64,000 nucleotides of DNA from Bacilli bacterium (GTDB lineage Bacteria; Bacillota_I; Bacilli_A; RFN20; CAG-826): the NCBI GenBank assembly GCA_045226015.1, contig JBGVBY010000013.1:28908-92907 (forward strand). Reading direction: 5' to 3'. Positions 56,506-64,000 of the stretch are shown here, in pieces. Made by a program: the position numbers and the translations under genes. Under the pieces are notes generated by a model, which saw only the letters and a list, made by a program, of their open reading frames with translations, was not told where the DNA came from and searched no databases. Positions within the stretch are counted from its first letter, which is position 1; each line of letters opens with the position of its first letter.

Positions 56506-59500
56506 GATGGATTTTTCTCCTAAACAAGAAGAAGCAATCTCCGCTAGTGGAAGTAATTATCTTATTTCTGCTGGAGCAGGAAGCGGTAAAACCGCTGTTT
56601 TAACTGAACGCATTTATCGTTTAGCAAAAGAAGATAAAAGTTTAGATCATTTCCTTGTCCTTACATTCACCAACTTAGCGGCCGCTGAAATGAAAGACCG
56701 CGTTAGAAAGAAACTTCTTGAAGATGAAGAAACACTTTACCTAGCTAGTGAAGTCGATAACGCTCATATTGAGACCTTTGATTCATTCTCTTTATATTTA
56801 GTGAAGAAGTATTTTTATCTTTTAGGCATATCGAAAGATATCTCAATCGTAGATAACTCCATTCTTTCTATTAAACGTAAGAAATTCTTATCGGACATCT
56901 TTGAAGAAAGATTTGCTAATGAAGATGAGAAATTCCTTAAGCTCATTGATAACTACGCAACTAAAAACACTGATGTGATTAATGATTTTATCATTAATAT
57001 ACTTGAATTAGGAGACAAGAAAGCTGATAATTATGCATTCTTTAGTCATCTAAGAAACGATTTCTATTCCAAGGAAGTTGTTGATTCCTCTATTAAGAAA
57101 TTAATCGATGAGAAAAAGAGGGATATTAGTTTTGTGATTAATAAATCATATGAACTCGAAGACGCTGAAGACGTTGATCAAATCCTTGAACAACTTTCAC
57201 CTTTGTTAGAAATAAGTGATTATGACGAGTTATATAACGCTCTTAAAGAGAGTTTCCCTAGAAAGAAGAGTAAAGATGCGACTGATGGAGAATACCGTGA
57301 CAAGATAGCGGGCTACTATAACAAGTATGTAAAGATTACTAAAGATAATGATTTTGGTAATAGAGAAGAAATTACAAATCACTATTTAGAACTTAAACCA
57401 TATATTGAAGTGATTTTTGATATCGTTATTGAAGTTGAGAAACGTTTAGATGCCTTCAAAAAAGAATATAACGCTTATTCCTTTGGAGATATCTCAAGGT
57501 TCGTCTTAAAACTACTTAATAATAAAGATATCAAAGAAGAGATATCTAATTCTTTTAAATACATCATGGTGGATGAATATCAAGACACTAACGATATTCA
57601 AGAGACGGTTATTTCTTTAATCAGCAAAAATAATGTCTACATGGTGGGAGATGTTAAACAATCTATATATAGATTTAGAGGCGCAGATTGTCATATCTTC
57701 CAAGAAAAATATGAATCATATAAGAAAGAAATAGGTGGAAAAGAAATCGACCTTAATACTTCATATCGTTCTAGAGAAGAAGTAGTGGATTTCATTAACG
57801 ACTTGTTCTCCCAAATCTTTACAAAAGAAAATAACGCGATTGATTATTCAAACGGTCATAAATTTGGCTTTGGTAGAAGCGCATATAACATTAATAAACC
57901 TGACTGCTCATATAAACCTGAAATCTATAGATTTACCTATGAAAAATCTCAAGAAGTAGTGGAAAAAGAATGTGAAATTATCATTCGTGACATTAAGCAA
58001 AAGATTCATGATCATTACCAAGTCTATAACGGTAAGGAACATCATAATTGTTCATATAAAGACTTTGCTATCATTGTTGATAGAAGTGGAGCGTTTGATA
58101 CATATCGAAGAATGTTCTCAGAGGCTAATATACCTTTGAACGTTCAAGACAAAGAAACCCTCTTTAAGAGTGATATCATCTCTGTTGTTAAAAACTTGAT
58201 TAAGATGCTTTACTATTCTTTGAATAGCGATTACGGAAGTAACTATAAACACGCCTATTTAAGCGTGGCCCGTAGTTTCTTATTTGAATATCACGACGAT
58301 GATTTATATGACATCTATCAAAACAAAGCGTTCTTAAATGAAAGATTCGCTCAACAAATTGAATTAATCAAAGAGAAGTTAAGATTTGCTTCTTTAAAAG
58401 ATATCTTCTTAACCTTATATGAAGAATTCGATATATATTCATCTATTAGCAAGATTACTCAATACTATGCAAACGCACATAAATTGGAACAACTTATTAC
58501 CATCGCTGAAATGATGGATACTTTAAATTACACTTTAGAAGATCTAGTTGAATACTTTGATGACCTAAGTGAACTAGATGTAGATATCGATTATCGTGAC
58601 AGCAATATCATTGAAGATTCAGTAACACTAATTAACATTCATAAGTCCAAAGGACTTGAATATGGAATCGTGTATTATCCAGGTTTATCAAAAGCATTCA
58701 ATCAATCAGAAACTCAGACATGTTTCCTAATTAGTGATACATATGGACCAATTATTCCAAGCGTAGATTCTGATAAGTCCTCTTTAATCATTCATTTAAT
58801 TAGAGATGATTTATCAAAAGCAGACTTTGAAGAGAAACTCAGATTGCTTTATGTTGCTTTGACTAGAGCTAAGGAAAAGATTATTTTGGTCAGTGCAGAA
58901 AAAGAAAGTAAATCTAAATTCAAAAAAGCATCAAACAGTAAATGCATGAATGACATCTTAAAACTCACGGACGCTTTTGATAAATATAGTAGCGAATATT
59001 CCACTGAAGATGTTGAGTTAAATTTACCTAAGAGTAAAGATGAAAAAGTTAATAAGATAACTCTAAAACAAGTGAATGTTACTTCTAAAGAAGTAATAAA
59101 ACTAAGAGCGAGTAAAGAACTCGAAGAAGATATCGATGAGTCCGTCCTCGATTTTGGTTCTCATTTACATGCTTATTTAGAGAATGTGGATTTAGATAAT
59201 AGATCAACAGAATATATACAAGATATGCGCATGAGAAGATATGTTAATAATGTTATAAATTCTCCTTTATTTAAGGGAATCCACAATAAGGATGTCAGGC
59301 ATGAGTTCCCGTTCTATGATGAAGATAGTGGAGTTCAAGGATATATTGACGCACTCATAATCAAAGATGACGAGGTTAACATTATCGACTTCAAACTCAA
59401 GCACATTGATGATGAAGAATATGATAAACAGCTAAGAACCTACAAGTCTTACATTAAAAAGATTACAAATAAGCCGATTAAGATGTTCCTCTTAGCGGCA

Positions 59501-59536
59501 ATAACTGGAGAAATTAGGGAGGTTAAAGATGAGTAA
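56498..59536 (+). CDS. addA: AddA-like UvrD helicase-nuclease
   Basis: AGAGSGKT, LTFTNLAAAEMK, VDEYQD, GDVKQSIYRFR, IHKSKGLE, LYVALTRA, GYID..IIDFK. Confidence 0.85.
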   Translation: MSKMDFSPKQEEAISASGSNYLISAGAGSGKTAVLTERIYRLAKEDKSLDHFLVLTFTNLAAAEMKDRVRKKLLEDEETLYLASEVDNAHIETFDSFSLYLVKKYFYLLGISKDISIVDNSILSIKRKKFLSDIFEERFANEDEKFLKLIDNYATKNTDVINDFIINILELGDKKADNYAFFSHLRNDFYSKEVVDSSIKKLIDEKKRDISFVINKSYELEDAEDVDQILEQLSPLLEISDYDELYNALKESFPRKKSKDATDGEYRDKIAGYYNKYVKITKDNDFGNREEITNHYLELKPYIEVIFDIVIEVEKRLDAFKKEYNAYSFGDISRFVLKLLNNKDIKEEISNSFKYIMVDEYQDTNDIQETVISLISKNNVYMVGDVKQSIYRFRGADCHIFQEKYESYKKEIGGKEIDLNTSYRSREEVVDFINDLFSQIFTKENNAIDYSNGHKFGFGRSAYNINKPDCSYKPEIYRFTYEKSQEVVEKECEIIIRDIKQKIHDHYQVYNGKEHHNCSYKDFAIIVDRSGAFDTYRRMFSEANIPLNVQDKETLFKSDIISVVKNLIKMLYYSLNSDYGSNYKHAYLSVARSFLFEYHDDDLYDIYQNKAFLNERFAQQIELIKEKLRFASLKDIFLTLYEEFDIYSSISKITQYYANAHKLEQLITIAEMMDTLNYTLEDLVEYFDDLSELDVDIDYRDSNIIEDSVTLINIHKSKGLEYGIVYYPGLSKAFNQSETQTCFLISDTYGPIIPSVDSDKSSLIIHLIRDDLSKADFEEKLRLLYVALTRAKEKIILVSAEKESKSKFKKASNSKCMNDILKLTDAFDKYSSEYSTEDVELNLPKSKDEKVNKITLKQVNVTSKEVIKLRASKELEEDIDESVLDFGSHLHAYLENVDLDNRSTEYIQDMRMRRYVNNVINSPLFKGIHNKDVRHEFPFYDEDSGVQGYIDALIIKDDEVNIIDFKLKHIDDEEYDKQLRTYKSYIKKITNKPIKMFLLAAITGEIREVKDE

Positions 59537-60629
59537 GAAATTAAGTGTTAATGAATTCAAAGAAATCATTATTAAAGCAGAACCAAATCAAGAAAAGAAT
59601 GTCGATTATCTCTATGAGATATATGAAGAAACTTATGAAGGCATAAAAGAGATTAACGAGATTCCTAATGTTCCAAGCAATCTTGAGATCAATTCATATG
59701 ATCTTTCTTTCTTTGTTCTTGGAGAATTTACGTATTCCACTAGTGGGATGAACGAAGATTCATTAAACAAATTTAAGGGAAATCAAAACATCAAAGAAAC
59801 AATGATAAACGTCGTTGCGGACAAATACCTTTCCTTATCTTTATACAATCATCACGAAATTAAACTCACTAATAGTTACTTACCTCCAATTTCATCAATG
59901 GAACTTTATGTAAATTTGATGTCAAATATCGTTAATAGTTATCACCGTAACGATCCTAAAAATACATTAATTGTGGACCTTTTAACCAAGAGCCTATCAA
60001 TTGCAAGATGCTCCCTAAAATTACTATGTGATGGATATGAAACTGAAGCGATGTCCATGTGGAGAACTTTGCACGAATGTGAAGCAATTCTAATTATATT
60101 AGAAAAGTATGGAGACACGGCGATTAATTCGTACCTCAAACACATGGAATATGGACTTGTTTATAAAGATGCGTTGAAGGATAAAGAAAAGCAAGCAACT
60201 TTGTTTGCCCAAATAAAATCTGAAATGGCGGATCATGAACTCAAAAGTAAAGATATGAAAAAGTTTATCGAATACGGTTGGATGTATGCGATTGAGGATT
60301 ATAAAACCATCCCTGAATTCAAACTAAACTTTAGAGATGGATTAGAGAAACTTGCTGGATTACATGCTTATAGTGATGTTTATATGATGAGTAGCGAAAT
60401 TCTTCATAGCACCCCAATCCTCATCTATAGTAACAAGCGATACTTCTATTACTTAACACTTATAAATCTATATGAATCTTTCTTTAGGATTGAAAGTGTC
60501 TTTAAAAATCTCTTCTTCTCAAGAGTGAATCCGGAAGGAAAGAATAAATATCTCGAAATGAGAAATTTATATCTTTCACAATTAAAAAGTATTCATGATA
60601 GAGAGTCATTTAGTTTTAAAAGAAAATAG
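59529..60629 (+). CDS. DUF5677-like hypothetical protein
   Basis: WRTLHE and Y..SSEILHS motifs; helical. Confidence 0.45.
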   Translation: MSKKLSVNEFKEIIIKAEPNQEKNVDYLYEIYEETYEGIKEINEIPNVPSNLEINSYDLSFFVLGEFTYSTSGMNEDSLNKFKGNQNIKETMINVVADKYLSLSLYNHHEIKLTNSYLPPISSMELYVNLMSNIVNSYHRNDPKNTLIVDLLTKSLSIARCSLKLLCDGYETEAMSMWRTLHECEAILIILEKYGDTAINSYLKHMEYGLVYKDALKDKEKQATLFAQIKSEMADHELKSKDMKKFIEYGWMYAIEDYKTIPEFKLNFRDGLEKLAGLHAYSDVYMMSSEILHSTPILIYSNKRYFYYLTLINLYESFFRIESVFKNLFFSRVNPEGKNKYLEMRNLYLSQLKSIHDRESFSFKRK

Positions 60630-60757
60630 TTATTAATATATTTATATATATTACATTTTATTCAGATTGTTCCTATTTTTATCAAGGAACATTATAGGAG
60701 CAAAATAATTAGTAATTTTAATTATTTCTCACTATAATAGAGAGCGAGGATTTAGCT

Positions 60758-61501
60758 ATGATTACATTTGATCAATATCTTGCAAATGAAGCACTTAACT
60801 GGACAGAGAATGGATGGCCTGTTGGAAATTTAATTCTTTGTTTAACCGCTTTAGTGCTTACAGTTATTCTCGTCGGTATTGTTGGTATCGAAAGAGAATG
60901 GAGAGGACGTAGCGCTGGACTTAGAACCCACTTATTAGTTGGTATCGGTTCCTGTGTTGTCATGATTATCTCAATTTATGGATTCCCAATGGGTGTCGGT
61001 AATCGTGATGTTGCTCGTTTGGCCGCTCAAGTTGTTACTGGTGTCGGTTTCTTAGGCGCTGGAGTTATCATGCATCGTGAAAACGGTGTTAAGGGCTTAA
61101 CTACTGCTGGAACTATCTGGGCTGCAATGACTATTGGTATTGCCTGTGGCTCGTTTAACTTCATCTTAGCCACTGTTGGTACTCTTCTTATTACTGTTGT
61201 ATTGGTCTTATTTAAGAAAATTGAAGCTAAAATCGGTAAGAGAAATCCAACTTTAGTGTTAGAAGCTCCTGCAAATGAACCAGTCTTAGAAAGAATCCTT
61301 ACTGTTTCTAAAGAATTTGATTGCACAATCCATGGAGTTTCCACTTCATTAAAAGGTGAAGGTGATTCAAAACGATTAGAAATCACATTCCAAGTTGTCT
61401 TTGAAAGCAATGGTGGAGAGAACCGCTTAATTGAATATATCTCTAAGTTAGAGAGCGAAACTAAAGCGGTTAACATTCACCAATTAAACGCTCATAAATA
61501 A
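60758..61501 (+). CDS. MgtC/SapB family protein
   Basis: GIEREWRGRSAGLRTH, R.AAQVVTGVGFLGAG.I, GLTTAGTIW. Confidence 0.9.
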   Translation: MITFDQYLANEALNWTENGWPVGNLILCLTALVLTVILVGIVGIEREWRGRSAGLRTHLLVGIGSCVVMIISIYGFPMGVGNRDVARLAAQVVTGVGFLGAGVIMHRENGVKGLTTAGTIWAAMTIGIACGSFNFILATVGTLLITVVLVLFKKIEAKIGKRNPTLVLEAPANEPVLERILTVSKEFDCTIHGVSTSLKGEGDSKRLEITFQVVFESNGGENRLIEYISKLESETKAVNIHQLNAHK

Positions 61502-61557
61502 TTTAATAAGGAAAAATAAAAGGAACCATCAAGGTTCCTTGTTTTTTGTTTGTGATA

Positions 61558-63198
61558 TTACACGTCAGCGTAACAAGATCCACCGATGAATTCTCTAAGA
61601 ATAGAATTGCATGGTACCCATTGATCTGGCATATCATCGAAGAATTTGAGCATTCTGATGAGTCTTTCAGCTACTGGGAAGTATGGATTTTCTTGCTCAA
61701 TAGCACTTAATAGTGGCATTGCGTATTTCTTCATAACTGATAATTCTTCAGGTAAGAAGGAATTGAATACGTAGTTAGCGCCTTCTTGAGTTCTATAAAT
61801 CCACTTGAATTCACCTTTACGAACGCTGGCCCACATGGACATGGTTTCAAGAGCGCTTGAACCTCTGAATTGATAGTCACGAACGATTCTTCTTAATAAT
61901 CTTAAGTCAGTTAAGCTGAGTGGGTTGTGGTTATCAATATTGATTTGTCCTTGAGGAGCAATGAAGATTTTGAATTTTTGGTGTTGTGGAATGGATTCGG
62001 TCATTCTGTCATTAAGAGCGTGGATACCTTCAATAATGATTGGTTGGTTATCTGGAACTCTAAGAGTTCTACCTTTTACTCTATGACCGACTTTGAAGTC
62101 GAATTTTGGTAAGTCGACTGTTTCTCCAGCAACGAGGTCTGCCATATTCTTGTTGAATAAATCAACATCTAAGGCATCGACTGCTTCTAAGTCAGGATTA
62201 CCATCTTCATCTTTTGGTGCTTGATCTCTTGGTAAGTAGTAGTCATCCATAGAAATTCTAATTGGATCAATACCACGGGATAAGAGTTCAATTCTTAATC
62301 TGTTTGCGAATGTGGTTTTACCGCTACTAGATGGACCAGCGATACAAATTAAACGAATGTTGTCTTTGTCACTTTCGATTAATTCACCGAGTTCACATAA
62401 TTGACGGTTGTGACGTTGTTCACCTAAAGTGATGACATCGATATCGCCATCTTTTTCAATACGATGGTTGATGTTAACGATGCTATCGAAACGGGTTGCG
62501 ACACCCCATTCATAGGCTTTCTTGAGTGTTTTACCGAATGTTGGGGAATCTTCGAAATCTGGGATTTCTCCACCCATCTCTTCACGAGGATATTGGATGA
62601 TAACACCTGGATGGAAATATCTAATTTTCCATTTTTTGATATATCCGGTTGATGGAACCATACGGTTATACATGTAGTTCTTGTATCCATCACAATCATA
62701 CAAGTGACATGTTTTTTCTGGACGGTATTCTAAGATTTCTAATTTATCTTCGAACCCTTCCTTCTTTAAGACTTTTTTAGCTTCTTCTTTAGAAACGATT
62801 GATCTCACTAGAGGATAATCCGCTGCAACAATCTTATTCATTTCTTCTTCAAGTTCTTTAACAAACGCGGTGTTTGCAACAAAACCTGGAGTAAGGATTT
62901 GCATAAAGACTGCTCTAGATACGTTATAGGAGAATCTCACACTGACTTTTGGTTGAATTCTGCTCATTGCCATAGCAACTAAGAATCTAAGTGATGCTTC
63001 ATATGTTTGTTTAGCGTCACGATCTTTATTGGTTAATGCAACGACAGAAGAATCTTTGTCTAAAACATAAGTGAGTTCTCTGACACGATTGTTAACATAG
63101 GCACAGACGATTGATTTGTCTGGACCAACAACGTCAAGGACAGAAATTGGCTTATCATAAGTCTTTTTTTCGCCATTAAAAGTAATGTTAAATGACAT
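61558..63198 (-). CDS. Nucleoside (uridine) kinase-like protein with N-terminal TGS/ThrRS-like domains
   Basis: IAGPSSSGKTT, SMDDYY, IIEGIHAL, RLLRRIVRD, LREFIGGS. Confidence 0.85.
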   Translation of the reverse strand: MSFNITFNGEKKTYDKPISVLDVVGPDKSIVCAYVNNRVRELTYVLDKDSSVVALTNKDRDAKQTYEASLRFLVAMAMSRIQPKVSVRFSYNVSRAVFMQILTPGFVANTAFVKELEEEMNKIVAADYPLVRSIVSKEEAKKVLKKEGFEDKLEILEYRPEKTCHLYDCDGYKNYMYNRMVPSTGYIKKWKIRYFHPGVIIQYPREEMGGEIPDFEDSPTFGKTLKKAYEWGVATRFDSIVNINHRIEKDGDIDVITLGEQRHNRQLCELGELIESDKDNIRLICIAGPSSSGKTTFANRLRIELLSRGIDPIRISMDDYYLPRDQAPKDEDGNPDLEAVDALDVDLFNKNMADLVAGETVDLPKFDFKVGHRVKGRTLRVPDNQPIIIEGIHALNDRMTESIPQHQKFKIFIAPQGQINIDNHNPLSLTDLRLLRRIVRDYQFRGSSALETMSMWASVRKGEFKWIYRTQEGANYVFNSFLPEELSVMKKYAMPLLSAIEQENPYFPVAERLIRMLKFFDDMPDQWVPCNSILREFIGGSCYADV

Positions 63199-63366
63199 AA
63201 CTGTTCTCCTTATCTTTACGAATGCATAGATATTGTATTAAAAGTAGCGTATTTATTCAATGAAATTGTGTGTACGCTGGTGATATATGCGATATTTTCG
63301 ATTTATATTGAATATTATATTATTAATAAGATAATATTAGAGTTGGAAATTAGGAGAAGTATTTAT

Positions 63367-64000
63367 ATGAAAAACATGGTTTATATTCAATCAGGTGGAC
63401 CAACCTCTGTTATCAACACATCTCTTTATGGTGCGATTAAAGAGGCAAAATTACATCGTGATCAAATCGATCACATCTATGGTTCACTTAACGGTATTGA
63501 AGGAATGATTGATGATCGCTTAATTGATATCGATCAAGAAAGTGATGAACAAATCGAATTATTACTTCAAACACCAGGTAGTATCTTAGGTACAACAAGA
63601 AGAAAATTACCAAAAGACGTTCATGATCCAATCTATATGAAAATCGTCGACACAATGAAGAAAAGAGACATCAAATATGTCTTCGTCAATGGTGGCAACG
63701 ATTCCATGGATACATGTAACAAGTTATCTATTCTTTGTAATGAACTCAAACTCGATGTCAGAGTCATCGGAGTTCCAAAAACAATCGATAACGATTTAGC
63801 GTGTACTGACCACTCTTTAGGTTTCCCAAGTGCCGCTAAATTTGTCATCAACACAATCAACGCTTTAAGCATGGACGCTAACTGCTTCAAAGTTGGTAAA
63901 GTCCACGTCGTTGAAATCATGGGTAGAAACGCTGGTTGGCTTACTGCTGCTAGTGACTTACTCCCAGAACAAACTAGACCTCACTTAATCTATATCCCAG
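63367..64000 (+). CDS. pfkA: 6-phosphofructokinase (3' truncated by window edge)
   Basis: MKNMVYIQSGGPTSVIN, PGSILGTTR, NGGNDSMDT, PKTIDND, EIMGRNAGWL. Confidence 0.9.
   Translation, partial: MKNMVYIQSGGPTSVINTSLYGAIKEAKLHRDQIDHIYGSLNGIEGMIDDRLIDIDQESDEQIELLLQTPGSILGTTRRKLPKDVHDPIYMKIVDTMKKRDIKYVFVNGGNDSMDTCNKLSILCNELKLDVRVIGVPKTIDNDLACTDHSLGFPSAAKFVINTINALSMDANCFKVGKVHVVEIMGRNAGWLTAASDLLPEQTRPHLIYIP

Noticed and set aside
61558-63198. Threonyl-tRNA synthetase
   Set aside because: Only the N-terminal TGS/editing-like region is similar; the C-terminus is a P-loop uridine-kinase-type domain

Overview
The window holds an apparently complete ~47.2 kb temperate prophage (776-48004) integrated at the 3' end of a tRNA-Gly(TCC) gene in a low-GC Bacillota-type chromosome (standard genetic code). 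Host housekeeping genes flank it: an OlsB-like acyltransferase on the left; trxA, mrp, pepP, glpK, addBA-like, mgtC, a nucleoside kinase and pfkA on the right. The phage has a tyrosine integrase and cI/cro switch, a rightward early/replication operon (YqaJ-RecT, replisome organiser, PcfK/PcfJ, RusA, two SSB-like genes), a leftward podovirus-like late operon (terminase, portal, N4-gp56-type capsid, tail adaptor/nozzle, fibres, large ejection-type protein), and a rightward accessory cassette next to attR (amidoligase, glutamine amidotransferase, small acidic ORFs, a DprA-N-like fragment). The strongest signal is a complete diversity-generating retroelement (target-avd-TR-RT) whose single template repeat matches two variable repeats with adenine-specific mismatches: one in the adjacent tail/receptor-binding gene and one 15 kb away, on the opposite strand, in a non-structural early gene. 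Both targets are followed by the same 6-bp-stem, GATA-loop hairpin. Other notable points: a tail nozzle gene split around about 14 Ig-like domains, a Pol-beta-type nucleotidyltransferase just downstream of the RT, and no recognisable endolysin alongside a cluster of membrane proteins. All family assignments come from motif recognition by eye, not database searches; motif counts are manual.
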